Source: an uncultured Helicobacter sp. (GTDB taxonomy: Bacteria > Campylobacterota > Campylobacteria > Campylobacterales > UBA6016). From it: 63,381 nt of DNA. The translations under genes and the position numbers were made by a program. The notes below the pieces were generated by a model. The model worked only from the letters and a program-made list of their open reading frames with translations. It searched no databases and was not told where the DNA came from. Each line of letters begins with the position of its first letter. Positions within the stretch are counted from its first letter, which is position 1. Shown one piece after another: positions 9,371 to 18,999 of this stretch. The stretch lies in the NCBI GenBank assembly GCA_964630205.1, contig CAZVTM010000007.1, positions 1 through 63,381 on the forward strand, read 5' to 3'.

Positions 9371-10341
9371 TAAAATAGCACCTCTTCAACTGCTAGACCG
9401 GCTACTATGCTGCACAGTTCAATTTTTTTATGGGTAACCGGTAACATTAGTTCGTTTTCTAATAAATTTTTGATGTCTGGTGAGTCAAAATAAGGGTCGG
9501 CTATAGATATTTTCTCTATAAAAGCCGATTCGTATATATCGCTTTTATAAAATTGTGTCATTGCATTTTTGACAAACTCCAAAATATGCAAATCGCTACC
9601 AAGAGATTCGATACTCGCCGTTGCGCTACCGCTATTATCATCCATCATTGACTCGAATTCCAACTCGCCGCCGTCTTTTAGCTCTAACACTATATCGTCA
9701 AGGTCAACCAGTATATCCTCGTCAAGCCCCTCTTCGCCGAATATTTTATCCTCTTTTTTATCCTCTTCGCTCTCTTCTTGCATTTCGCTTTTGAGTATTG
9801 TATAGCCGCTAAAAAGCAGTTTATCTTTCGTTAGCACCGCTATCGTTGCGGATGTTTTTTGTCTTAGAAGGCATAGCGTTGCCGTATTGTCAAGCTCGTC
9901 GTTAAAAAATCGCTTCAAAACCACTAAGGAAGAAAATAAAAAATCAAGCCCACCAAGCTCTTCATACTCTTTTTTTGTATTTTCTATGTCGTAGTTACTT
10001 GCGAAAATGGACCAACTTTTGTCTATGCAGATAACGCTTGCGTTTGTGGTATCTACCTCATATTTTTGAAAGTTTTTTTTGTCACACCCAGGGACCCCGC
10101 CTTGGTTGATAGAGTTTATTAGTGACGATGAGTAGACGATTTTGTATTTGTTGTATTTGTGGGCTATAAATTCATATAAAAGTTTTGAAGACTCTCTCGT
10201 ATCTAACGAAAACCTCTTGCTTTCAGACGATATTTCATTTTTGTTCTTGTAGACTTTTACGCATACGTCACAACTATCGCCGTCTTTTATTATCGAGATA
10301 TATGCCGTATTTACAAATTTTTTGATTAGTCCGCCAAACAC
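9370..10341 (-). CDS. pilM: PilM-like cytoplasmic protein
   Basis: 323 aa, soluble, with an acidic internal loop; directly upstream of the pilN/pilO-like genes in the conserved HP0268-miaB-lpxJ block. Assigned mainly from synteny. Confidence 0.55.
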   Translation of the reverse strand: MFGGLIKKFVNTAYISIIKDGDSCDVCVKVYKNKNEISSESKRFSLDTRESSKLLYEFIAHKYNKYKIVYSSSLINSINQGGVPGCDKKNFQKYEVDTTNASVICIDKSWSIFASNYDIENTKKEYEELGGLDFLFSSLVVLKRFFNDELDNTATLCLLRQKTSATIAVLTKDKLLFSGYTILKSEMQEESEEDKKEDKIFGEEGLDEDILVDLDDIVLELKDGGELEFESMMDDNSGSATASIESLGSDLHILEFVKNAMTQFYKSDIYESAFIEKISIADPYFDSPDIKNLLENELMLPVTHKKIELCSIVAGLAVEEVLF

Positions 10342-10344
10342 CGC

Positions 10345-11175
10345 TTACTCTTTACACATGGGGTGAGCGTCAAGATATGAAAATAGCTTTTTGTTCATAC
10401 TTAGTTTAGTGTATATCTGTGTTGTCGTCACTTCTTTGTGCCCAAGCAGCTCAGATACATCCACTATTCTTGCTCCCTTGTTAATTAAATCTGAGGCAAA
10501 AGAGTGTCTCAGCTGATGCGGTGTAGCCTTGACTCCGACTCTCTCAAAAATTTTAGTTAACTTATATCTTAGACAATTTTGGCTTAACGGCTGAGCTTTA
10601 TCTTCAAAAACAAACGTCTTATTTTTTGTAGCCTCTAGATGTTTGGTTAATATCTCTCTCACCTCTGGCAACAGCGGTATCATTCTGTCTTTGCCGCCCT
10701 TGCCGCTCACTACTTTGACCCATTCCATGCTTATATCAGATATTTTCATATGCTCAAGCTCCGAGATACGAAGCCCCAAAGAGTAGAGCATGACGACAAG
10801 GAGCTTCTCATCGGTGGATATGCAGCCGTTCAGTGCTTTTTGTATTAGCTCTCGGTGTATCGGTTTTGGAAGGCTTTTTGGGGTTTTGATTTGCTCGTCG
10901 CCCCTCGTGATTATTTTTGCCCCCATGGAGCGTTTATACTCAAAAAAAGAGCGCAGAACAGATATTTTTTTGGCTATTGTTTTTTTGGCGAGTTTTGAGA
11001 TCGCAACACGGTATGCCATGATATCGTATACGGTTTTGTCTTTTTCGTCATATATCTCTATCTTTTCAGCCGCCTCAAACAACACTTTCTCATATGTAGT
11101 TACAGTAGCGCCGCTGTATTTTCTGATATCTCTCAAAAAACCTAAAAAATCTTTTATCTCGTCACTTGACAGCAT
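10345..11175 (-). CDS. Tyrosine recombinase, XerC/XerD-like
   Basis: Complete catalytic set: LGLRISEL (R), GKGGKDR (K), HQLRH (HxxR), LLGH, TTQIYT (Y); N-terminal core-binding domain. Confidence 0.92.
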   Translation of the reverse strand: MLSSDEIKDFLGFLRDIRKYSGATVTTYEKVLFEAAEKIEIYDEKDKTVYDIMAYRVAISKLAKKTIAKKISVLRSFFEYKRSMGAKIITRGDEQIKTPKSLPKPIHRELIQKALNGCISTDEKLLVVMLYSLGLRISELEHMKISDISMEWVKVVSGKGGKDRMIPLLPEVREILTKHLEATKNKTFVFEDKAQPLSQNCLRYKLTKIFERVGVKATPHQLRHSFASDLINKGARIVDVSELLGHKEVTTTQIYTKLSMNKKLFSYLDAHPMCKE

Positions 11176-11788
11176 CTATTAGCATCTGCCCTTTTATAAA
11201 CTCTTTTGCCTCTTCGCTATTCATCTGCGAAATGTCAAGTACTTTATCGGCAAAAAAGGTTATTTTTGAAAAGGGTTTTGGGACGACAAATTTGTCCCAG
11301 CTTTTTAGTTGCCAAAAATCAGTTGCTTGGTAGTTGAAAAGCACTATTTTGGAGTTTGTTTTTTGTGCTAGGGCCACTATGCCGTCAGCCACGGAGTGTC
11401 TAGGACCTCTGGGGCCATCGGGTGTTATCGCTATATCTTCGCCGTCTTTCAACGTTTTTATCGCCTCTATGAGCACCCTTGCACCACCTTTTGAGCTTGA
11501 GCCTCGCACCGTAGAAAAGCCAAAAAACGAAATGATACGGGCTATTATCTCGCCGTCGAAGTGTTCGCTTATCATGACCGATATTTTGTGGCGGCCCCTA
11601 AATTTTTTGTATAAAAACGGTTGCATGAGTAGCTCACCGTGCCAAAAAGCGACGATAAACGGCTCTTTTGGGTAGCTACCTGCTAGTTTAAACTCTTTTT
11701 TGCAGGTTAGATAGATAAGCCTGATGAGTAGATTTGCGATTGGTGGGAGCAAGAAAGCTACGATTTTTCTTTTTTGCTCTTTAGACAA
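11162..11788 (-). CDS. lpxJ: DUF374 lysophospholipid acyltransferase family; probable lipid A secondary acyltransferase LpxJ
   Basis: [31 protein letters not shown] motifs; directly follows miaB, as does H. pylori lpxJ (HP0270). Confidence 0.75.
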   Translation of the reverse strand: MSKEQKRKIVAFLLPPIANLLIRLIYLTCKKEFKLAGSYPKEPFIVAFWHGELLMQPFLYKKFRGRHKISVMISEHFDGEIIARIISFFGFSTVRGSSSKGGARVLIEAIKTLKDGEDIAITPDGPRGPRHSVADGIVALAQKTNSKIVLFNYQATDFWQLKSWDKFVVPKPFSKITFFADKVLDISQMNSEEAKEFIKGQMLIDAVK

Positions 11789-13073
11789 GGGAGCCGCCTA
11801 ATGCGTGTCTGCCGGCGCTTGTGATTTTGACCTCCACGATTTGCCCCATTAGCTCTTTTTCGCTCTCAAATTTTACGCCAAAATTCGCATCCGTCTTGCC
11901 AAAGTAGATATTGCCGTCCCTGCCCTCTACCAGCACTTTTTCGACTTTGCCGACCTGTCTTTTGTGTGCCTCTTCCTGTATTTTTAGCTGTGCGCTTTGG
12001 AGCATCATGAGTCTCATTTTTTTGATTTCATCGTCTATCTGATCCGGCATATCGGCGGCCTTTGTGAGCGGTCTAGGCGAATAGGCAAATGAAAACATCG
12101 CCTCAAAACCGACTTTGTGCAGCACATCCATTGTATCCATGAAATCCTCGTCGCTCTCACCGGGAAAGCCGACTATAACATCGGTACTGATGGTCGCCTC
12201 TGGGCACAGCTCTCTTATTTTTGCGGCTTTGGAGAGAAACCACTCCTTTGTATATCCCCGTCTCATATCTTTTAGCACTTTAGAGCTGCCTGCCTGAAGC
12301 GGGAAGTGCATATTTTTGCAGATTTTTGGATTTTTGGCGAACTCTTCAATGAACTCATCGTCTGCGTGGAGCGGGTGTGGAGAGGTAAACCTTATTCGCT
12401 CTATCCCCTCCACCTTGCTAACTTCCCTGAGCAATTTTGTGAAATTAATGGACTTATCTTTGAAGTTTTTGCCGTAATTATTGACGTTTTGCCCAAGCAG
12501 TATGAGCTCTTTTGCCCCTTTTGCGGCCGCTTTTGTCGCTTCGCTCACGATAAGCTCCATAGGTACCGACACTTCACCCCCTCTTGTGTGCGGCACTATG
12601 CAGTAGCTACACTCCTTATCACATCCAATGGAGATGTTGATGAGAGCCCTAAAGCCTTCACCCCTATATTCGCCAAACTGGTAAGATGTATCGTCATAGT
12701 CTATGTCTGTGGCTACAAAGCCGTTTGTATCTATGGCATTCTTTATTTTTGAGACGTTTCTGGCGCCGACTACGAAGCTAACGGCAGGCGCTTTTTTGAT
12801 TATCTCGTCTCCGAGGTGACTTGCTGTACAGCCGCAAACGCCTATTTTTGCGCCCTCTTTTTTTATTTTTTTATATGCGCCTATTTCGCTAAATAGTTTT
12901 TGGACAGGTTTTTCTCGTACCGAACAGGTATTAATGATGATTAGGTCTGCTTCTTTTGGGGAGGTAGTGAGCGCGTAGTTATCTTTTTCGGTTAGTTCGG
13001 CGATGATATGCTCGGAATCCCGAACATTCATCGCACACCCCAACGTCTCTATGTAGAGGAGTTTTTGGGACAT
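11781..13073 (-). CDS. miaB: tRNA-i6A37 methylthiotransferase
   Basis: [36 protein letters not shown] motifs and a C-terminal TRAM domain. Confidence 0.96.
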   Translation of the reverse strand: MSQKLLYIETLGCAMNVRDSEHIIAELTEKDNYALTTSPKEADLIIINTCSVREKPVQKLFSEIGAYKKIKKEGAKIGVCGCTASHLGDEIIKKAPAVSFVVGARNVSKIKNAIDTNGFVATDIDYDDTSYQFGEYRGEGFRALINISIGCDKECSYCIVPHTRGGEVSVPMELIVSEATKAAAKGAKELILLGQNVNNYGKNFKDKSINFTKLLREVSKVEGIERIRFTSPHPLHADDEFIEEFAKNPKICKNMHFPLQAGSSKVLKDMRRGYTKEWFLSKAAKIRELCPEATISTDVIVGFPGESDEDFMDTMDVLHKVGFEAMFSFAYSPRPLTKAADMPDQIDDEIKKMRLMMLQSAQLKIQEEAHKRQVGKVEKVLVEGRDGNIYFGKTDANFGVKFESEKELMGQIVEVKITSAGRHALGGSLV

Positions 13074-13315
13074 TAAATGATATGTACCTCGTACATATAA
13101 TCTTGTTCATCAAGGCCGTATTTTACCTCTCTGAGGTATATGCTGGCGCTGATTTTTTCAACTTTTTCCACAAGGGCGATTAAGTCTTTGTGGGAGTTTG
13201 ATTTGTCAAAATAGTATATGCAAGGTCTTTTTGCAGCGACCTCTTCTAATAATTTTTCTACTGTTATTGATTTTGGGTTAGAGTTTAAATCTTCCCTTGC
13301 GAGCTTAAGTTGCAT
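13073..13315 (-). CDS. HP0268-family small nuclease
   Basis: QLKLAR...[11 protein letters not shown]...[20 protein letters not shown] signature; TAATG-coupled to miaB. ATG 13315 fits the SD spacing better than 13321. Confidence 0.85.
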   Translation of the reverse strand: MQLKLAREDLNSNPKSITVEKLLEEVAAKRPCIYYFDKSNSHKDLIALVEKVEKISASIYLREVKYGLDEQDYMYEVHII

Positions 13316-13353
13316 CGTCATTTCCTTGAAATTCGTGTATAAAAACCGGGACG

Positions 13354-13359
13354 ATTATA
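13354..13359 (-). promoter_or_regulatory. -10 element of the HP0268-miaB-lpxJ-xer-pilMNO operon
   Basis: Minus strand reads TTAAGTATTTTTTGGATATAAT, the TTAAGT / T-tract / TATAAT layout typical of Campylobacterota sigma70 promoters. Confidence 0.55.
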
Positions 13360-13489
13360 TCCAAAAAATACTTAAAGCTTAATGTGATTTAAAGCTTGTT
13401 TTAAGTAATATTTTTGTCTTCAAAAAAACAAAAAATCCATGAAATTTTTTCTGTTTTTGTCAAAAAAAAGTAATCAAAAGGAAAGCTCT

Positions 13490-14605
13490 TTGGAAAAAAT
13501 ACTTGATATTGCAGACTCCATAGCGTATGAAAAAAGCATCAACCCAAAAGACGTAAAAGAGGCGATTAAGGTAGCCCTTATAAGAAGCGCTGCAAAAGTA
13601 ATAGGCGAAGAGCTGATGTTTGACGTTGATTTTGACGACGACAAAAGAAAAACAAGACTCTATCAAAAAGTGATTATCGTGGCAGACGATGACCCAAGAG
13701 TAGAGGATGAGAGAAATTATATAGACGTTACAGAGGCAAAGACGATAGACGAGGGTCTGGATATCGGCGACGAGCTAAGATACGACATCAATATGGAAGA
13801 TTACGGCAGAAACTTTGTGAATATCATGCACAGAGAGCTTGAGAACGAAATCCAAAAACTAATAGAAAACGAAATCTACAAAAAATACTCCAAAAAAGAG
13901 GGCAAGATTGTATCGGGTCAGGTGGTCCGTGTAGACACTGAAGGCAATACATATATCGAAATAGATGAAATTAGAGCCTTGATGCCTAGAAAAAACCGTA
14001 TAAAAGGTGAAAATTTCAAAGTTGGAAATGTCGTAAAAGCGGTGCTTAAGACGATTAATACAAACTCAAAAAGAGGGATAGGGCTAGAGCTTACACGTAC
14101 AAGCCCGAAATTTTTGGAAGAGTTGATGGCTCTTGAAGTGCCTGAAATAAGCGACGGTATCATAGAGATCAAAAAATGCGCAAGAATTCCGGGAGAGAGG
14201 GCAAAACTTGCACTTTTATCGAATAGCCCGAGAGTAGACCCGATAGGTACGGCGGTTGGCGTAAAAGGCGTGCGTATTAACGCCGTTTCAAAAGAGCTAA
14301 AAAACGAGAATATAGATGTTATCGAATACTCCGACGTGCCTGAGCTATTTGTTTCGAGAGCTATGAGCCCTGCGGCGGTCAAAAGTGTCGTTATTAAGGG
14401 TGAAAAAGCGATAGTTAGCGTCTTTGAAGGTCAAAAGTCAAAAGCAATCGGTAAATCAGGCATAAATATCAGACTTGCCTCCATGCTTACCGGATTTGAG
14501 ATAGAGCTTATCGAAGAGGGTGGAACATTTGAAGGTGCCGAAGGGCAAAGCGAAGAGGCAAAAACAGTATCCTCAAAAGCGGCTCTTGAGGCATTGTTTA
14601 GTTAA
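13490..14605 (+). CDS. nusA: Transcription termination/antitermination factor NusA
   Basis: EKILDIADSIAYEK N-terminus, S1 domain, KH domains (ARIPGERAK, DPIGTAVGVKG, AIGKSGINIRLASMLTG). True start is TTG 13490 after an AAGGA SD; the ORF track begins at 13439. Confidence 0.96.
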   Translation: MEKILDIADSIAYEKSINPKDVKEAIKVALIRSAAKVIGEELMFDVDFDDDKRKTRLYQKVIIVADDDPRVEDERNYIDVTEAKTIDEGLDIGDELRYDINMEDYGRNFVNIMHRELENEIQKLIENEIYKKYSKKEGKIVSGQVVRVDTEGNTYIEIDEIRALMPRKNRIKGENFKVGNVVKAVLKTINTNSKRGIGLELTRTSPKFLEELMALEVPEISDGIIEIKKCARIPGERAKLALLSNSPRVDPIGTAVGVKGVRINAVSKELKNENIDVIEYSDVPELFVSRAMSPAAVKSVVIKGEKAIVSVFEGQKSKAIGKSGINIRLASMLTGFEIELIEEGGTFEGAEGQSEEAKTVSSKAALEALFS

Positions 14606-15570
14606 TTTTGCCTTTTGGCAAAAGGATTTAGCTTCATTACGGCGACATCTGCTAGGATGTTGCCAAGAAGCGTCAAAAACGCCCCTATCATCGTAACCCC
14701 CAAAATAACCGGATAATCCCTACTAATTACGCTTTGATAAAAGAAAAGCCCCATGCCGTTGATGGCAAATATGCTCTCAAGTATTACGCTACCGCCGATA
14801 ATTCCGGGGAGTGATAGACCAAGCATCGTGACTATCGGATTTAGAAGATTTGGCAGTATGTAGAGCGTTACTAGTTTTGTCCGACTCACACCTCTTGAGA
14901 GCGCAAAAAATACATAATCGGACTTTAGTATCTCGACCGAGAGAGACCTAATATATAGCGCCAAAGAGCCAAAAGAGGTGATAACTATGACGGCTATGGG
15001 CAAAAACAGATGGTGTGACATATCGGCGTAATATCCTATTGCCCCCGCTTCTTCTCTGCTAACAGACGATACGCCCGATATCGGGAACCACCCAAGCGCC
15101 AAAGAAAAAAACATAATAAACAAAAGAGCTAAGTAAAACGATGGCATGGAAAAGCTGACAAGCGACGATGTGGTCACAACTTTGTCTGCTTGTTGCGATT
15201 GCTTCAAGGCGGCATAGATGCCAAGCCAAATCCCGAAAATAAATATAAAAAACATTGAGACGAGGTTGATGGCTAGCGTAATTGGAAGGCGGGAGAGTAT
15301 CTCCTCTTTGACGCTTTTGCCGGTAGAAAAAGAGATGCCAAACTCCAAAGACGTCATACTTTTGACCCAGCCGATGTATTGTTCAACCGGCGGTTTGTCT
15401 AGCCCATACACCTCTTTTAGTGTTTTTATAGACTCCTCGGTGATATTTGGGTTTAACTCGCCTGCGGCAAGGAAATTGTTTGGCGCGGCTTTGACGGCGA
15501 CGAAAGAGACGACGGAGATAAGCAGTAGCATCAAAAGCGCATACGCAATCTTTGACGCTAATGTTTTCAT
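14602..15570 (-). CDS. Peptide/nickel ABC transporter permease (DppB/OppB family)
   Basis: YGLDKP, LPITL, SMPSFYLAL, EAA loop (SDYVFFALSRG), ESIFAINGMG, RDYPVILG. Confidence 0.88.
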   Translation of the reverse strand: MKTLASKIAYALLMLLLISVVSFVAVKAAPNNFLAAGELNPNITEESIKTLKEVYGLDKPPVEQYIGWVKSMTSLEFGISFSTGKSVKEEILSRLPITLAINLVSMFFIFIFGIWLGIYAALKQSQQADKVVTTSSLVSFSMPSFYLALLFIMFFSLALGWFPISGVSSVSREEAGAIGYYADMSHHLFLPIAVIVITSFGSLALYIRSLSVEILKSDYVFFALSRGVSRTKLVTLYILPNLLNPIVTMLGLSLPGIIGGSVILESIFAINGMGLFFYQSVISRDYPVILGVTMIGAFLTLLGNILADVAVMKLNPFAKRQN

Positions 15571-16616
15571 GCAAGTCGCCTAAAGAGATAGCGAGCGTAT
15601 ATGCCGATGCCCACTATTGCGAATATAGTAGCATATGAACCGGCCGAGCCGTAAAAAGATAGCTTGGATAGTGCCATCAGTACACCCCATCCGATAAGTG
15701 TGGAAAATATCCAAAAAGCGGCAAACTTCGCCTGCATAAAGCTTCTAGAGGCGACAGGGGTGTGATATCCAAGGATAATAATAAAAAATGGGGCAAAAAG
15801 CGGTAAGGATATGGCGCTAAAAAGGGCCGATTTGATTTTGTCTAGGCTTAGCCTTTGGTCTTTGAGGAGCCAAAGAGCTTTGATTGCGTCTATTATGTTT
15901 AGACCCTCTCCGCTTTGTGAGATATTATCCAGAATTTTTGGTTTGAAGCCCTCGAGCGTTTTTAGTTTACCCTCTGTTTTTCTGGCTATATGCGGCTCAT
16001 TTTGTTCGTTTAGCGTCATTGTTTCGGCGTCTTTTAGCTCCCAGCCATCGTCTTCGAATACCGCCTCTTTAGCCTTGATTGAGTATTTGACGCTATTTCC
16101 ATCGACGCCTATTATTTGTATATTCTTTGCGCTCCTTGAAAGAGGCTCTATCTCTTTGATGTAAATAAATTCATCCTTGTATCTAAAAAAAAGGTCCTCG
16201 GAGCGCTCTTTTGAGTCTTTTTTTTGCAATATCGCCTGAGCGTCGTCGTAGTAGTATCCAACCTTGGTAAAACCTAGCATTATGTAGAGTATCGCAACCG
16301 CAAGAGATATTAAGAAAAAAGGCTTCAAAGCCTCTTTTTTTGATACCCCGATACTCTCTATCGCCGTTAGTTCATTGCTTTTGACAAGATATAAAAAGCT
16401 CCAAAGTGCACCAAAAACAAGCGACAGGGCAAGTGTCACCTTTAGCGCTGCAAATGACTGATAGTAAAAATAAAGAACTATCAAATTGGCGGATGAGGGG
16501 ATATTTTTTTGGTTTTGTAAAAAGTCTATCAGAAGAAAAAACAGTTCAAGTCCCAGCAAGGTAATCAAAAAATTTTTGGCGTATAGTTTTGCGAGATATG
16601 TTTTGATAAGACTCAT
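15567..16616 (-). CDS. LptF/LptG family LPS export permease
   Basis: 3 TM + periplasmic beta domain + 3 TM layout; SNELTAIESIGVSK motif; follows pth like C. jejuni Cj0313. Confidence 0.85.
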   Translation of the reverse strand: MSLIKTYLAKLYAKNFLITLLGLELFFLLIDFLQNQKNIPSSANLIVLYFYYQSFAALKVTLALSLVFGALWSFLYLVKSNELTAIESIGVSKKEALKPFFLISLAVAILYIMLGFTKVGYYYDDAQAILQKKDSKERSEDLFFRYKDEFIYIKEIEPLSRSAKNIQIIGVDGNSVKYSIKAKEAVFEDDGWELKDAETMTLNEQNEPHIARKTEGKLKTLEGFKPKILDNISQSGEGLNIIDAIKALWLLKDQRLSLDKIKSALFSAISLPLFAPFFIIILGYHTPVASRSFMQAKFAAFWIFSTLIGWGVLMALSKLSFYGSAGSYATIFAIVGIGIYARYLFRRLA

Positions 16617-17213
16617 CTATTCCGCCGTTTTTGGATTTTTGGTAAACTTGTTGCACACCGATGCTAAATCGCTTTTTGTAAGCTCTAGCGATGCCTGGGC
16701 CGCAACCTCTAATATCTCTTCAATTATAGCTGCTTTTTTTGCATCGTAAACCAACTTATATATAGCTTTTTGCTCTTTTGTAAAGTCGTTTAGACAGTAA
16801 TCCGCTACTTGACCCTTGTGCTCTGGTTTGCCTATGCCGACCCTTGCTCTGTAGTAGTCTGCTCCGATGTGCTTGTCGATTGAACGAAGACCGTTGTGTC
16901 CAGCGTGCCCGCCGCCCTTTTTGAACCTTATCGCCCCTATCGGCAGTTCGATTTCATCGTGGATTACTATGACATTTTCTATTTTAAAATAGTTTTTGAC
17001 CGTTTCAACGCTCTCTCCGGAGAGGTTCATAAAAGTAGTCGGTTTTAGCAGGTATACGTTGCCTGCTCGCCAAAGCTCGCCCTTGAAATCTTTTTTTGTT
17101 AAATTAGTCGTTGATAGTTTGCTTAGTAGTTTGTCAATCGCCATAAAGCCGGCATTATGGCGATTGTGAAGATATTTATTTCCGGGATTTCCCAGTCCGA
17201 CTATTAGCCACAA
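16617..17213 (-). CDS. pth: Peptidyl-tRNA hydrolase
   Basis: LIVGLGNPG, NRHNAGF, KPTTFMNLSG, GGHAGHNGLRSI. Confidence 0.97.
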   Translation of the reverse strand: MWLIVGLGNPGNKYLHNRHNAGFMAIDKLLSKLSTTNLTKKDFKGELWRAGNVYLLKPTTFMNLSGESVETVKNYFKIENVIVIHDEIELPIGAIRFKKGGGHAGHNGLRSIDKHIGADYYRARVGIGKPEHKGQVADYCLNDFTKEQKAIYKLVYDAKKAAIIEEILEVAAQASLELTKSDLASVCNKFTKNPKTAE

Positions 17214-17219
17214 GGCTTA

Positions 17220-17756
17220 TTATTTTGCCTTCATAACGCCTACAACAGCGTCAGAACCAGGGTGTCTTACCGTTACGCCTTCAAGCGCAGGAAGTTCTCT
17301 TACAAGTACCGTGTTTCCTACATCAAGACCGGATACGTCAACAGTTATTGCTTCAGGAAGGTTTTCAGGTTTGCATTTAACCTTGATTCTTCTTTTGCTC
17401 ATGATAAGAACACCTTTGTTTTTTAGACCTATAGGTGTTCCAACTGTTTTTACAGGCACTAGGAATATTGAAGCTTCACCGTAGTTTAGGATTCTAAGGT
17501 CTACGTGAAGTAGGTCGCTAGTTACCGGGTCTTTTTGGTAATCTTGGATAATTACTTCGTGTTCTTTGCCGCCTACTTTTACTTTGAATTTCAAAGACGG
17601 TTTATTTTTTATAAATTTTACGAATTCAGTTTTTTTGAACGCACAATGGATATTCTCAGCGCCTTTACCGTAGATATTAGCGATTAGATAACCATCTCGT
17701 CTCAAGCTTTTTACAGTTTGCTTGTCGATACTCTCTCTAAGTATGCCTTCTAGCAT
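17220..17756 (-). CDS. rplY: 50S ribosomal protein L25 / general stress protein Ctc
   Basis: LRRDGYLIANIYGKG, YQKDPVT..LLHVD, long Ctc-type C-terminal domain; upstream of pth. Confidence 0.95.
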   Translation of the reverse strand: MLEGILRESIDKQTVKSLRRDGYLIANIYGKGAENIHCAFKKTEFVKFIKNKPSLKFKVKVGGKEHEVIIQDYQKDPVTSDLLHVDLRILNYGEASIFLVPVKTVGTPIGLKNKGVLIMSKRRIKVKCKPENLPEAITVDVSGLDVGNTVLVRELPALEGVTVRHPGSDAVVGVMKAK

Positions 17757-17788
17757 TGTGTTTTCCTTAAAAATAAAAATGGGCTGAA

Positions 17789-17794
17789 ATTATA
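17789..17794 (-). promoter_or_regulatory. -10 element upstream of rplY
   Basis: TATAAT on the minus strand about 30 nt upstream of the ATG, followed by TTCAGC as at other promoters in this window. Confidence 0.5.
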
Positions 17795-17817
17795 CAAGAT
17801 TTAAGATAAGCCCCACT

Positions 17818-18990
17818 TTAAATTTTTAATTTTATTTGCAATTCCTCTTTTTCGCTATCAAGTTTGCCACCCCTGGCTTTTTCGCCAACACCGCTGACGC
17901 CGTGAATAGTTAGCTTGAGATTGTCCGGGCTTGTTGCGTTTCTAATAGCTTCGTCTTCGCTGATTGCCCCCTCGTAGTATAAATCCAAAAGCGCTTGGTC
18001 AAATGTTTGGGTGCCGTATATTTCTTTGCCCTCCGCCAATGCATCTTTGATTTCACCATCACGGTTTTCTCTAATCATATCCGCAATTCTAGGCGTTTTG
18101 AGCAGTATCTCTACTGCCGCCCTTCTTTTGCCTTCAATAGTTCGTACGAGTCTTTGCGAAAGCACTCCATGAAGTACGCTAGACAAAGCGCCCCTGATAC
18201 GATTTTGTTCGTTTGTCGGAAACATCCCGACTATTCTGTTTACCGTTTCTTTCGTATCTGCGGTGTGAAGAGTCGAGAGCACCAGATGGCCTGTTTCGGC
18301 GGCATGAAGAGCTATCTCTACCGTTTCAAGGTCCCTCATCTCGCCGACTAGTATAACGTCCGGATCTTCACGAAGTGCGCTTCTAAGGGCGTTTCCAAAA
18401 GAGAGGCTATCTTCGCCGATACTTCTTTGATTTAGTATAGATAGCTTGTCCTTGTGGATAAACTCTATTGGGTCTTCAATGGTTATGATATGCTTTTTTT
18501 TGTGAGAGTTTATTAGATCGATAATGGCGGCAAGCGTTGTAGATTTACCGCTCCCTGTTACCCCCGTTACAAGCACAAGCCCTCTCTCTACATCCTTGAA
18601 TCCTTTTACACTTTCGGGTAGTTTCAAATCTTCTACGGTCAGAATTTTGACAGGAATGGTTCTAAATACCATCCCTACCCCGTCTTTTTGGAAAAACATA
18701 TTCACCCTGAAGCGGTAATCGTCGCTAAGACGAAATGTAAGGTCTATCTCTTTGCTTTGAACAAATTCTGTAAATCTACTGCGCAACATCTCTTTTGCCA
18801 ATGTCATCATCTCGTCTCTGCCAAGTACGTCTTCGCTTATGGCGTTCATCTCACCATGAACCCTTGCGTAAGGTCTCCCGAGAGCTTTTAGATGGAGATC
18901 GCTACCGCCCAGCTCTATTAGTTTGTTCAAATATGTCTTTAGTATCGGTATTTGTTTGTCGTCAAATTGAGAGTTTTGCGGCTGCTCCAT
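17818..18990 (-). CDS. pilT: Type IV pilus retraction ATPase, PilT/PilU family
   Basis: GSDLHL, RFRVNMF, Walker A GVTGSGKST, TIEDPIE, LREDPDVILVGEMRD, GHLVLSTLHT, GTQTFDQAL. Confidence 0.88.
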   Translation of the reverse strand: MEQPQNSQFDDKQIPILKTYLNKLIELGGSDLHLKALGRPYARVHGEMNAISEDVLGRDEMMTLAKEMLRSRFTEFVQSKEIDLTFRLSDDYRFRVNMFFQKDGVGMVFRTIPVKILTVEDLKLPESVKGFKDVERGLVLVTGVTGSGKSTTLAAIIDLINSHKKKHIITIEDPIEFIHKDKLSILNQRSIGEDSLSFGNALRSALREDPDVILVGEMRDLETVEIALHAAETGHLVLSTLHTADTKETVNRIVGMFPTNEQNRIRGALSSVLHGVLSQRLVRTIEGKRRAAVEILLKTPRIADMIRENRDGEIKDALAEGKEIYGTQTFDQALLDLYYEGAISEDEAIRNATSPDNLKLTIHGVSGVGEKARGGKLDSEKEELQIKLKI

Positions 18991-18999
18991 TTTATCCTC

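Noticed and set aside
10345-11175. Tyrosine recombinase as the integrase of a genomic island
   Set aside because: No flanking att repeats, tRNA or cargo; it is tightly coupled to core genes on both sides.
13369-13407. TACTTAAA/TTTAAGTA inverted repeat with internal TTAAAGCTT repeats; similar TTAAAGC repeats at 51600-51625
   Set aside because: Consistent with the periodic AT-rich upstream signal of back-to-back Campylobacterota sigma70 promoters; no independent support for an operator.
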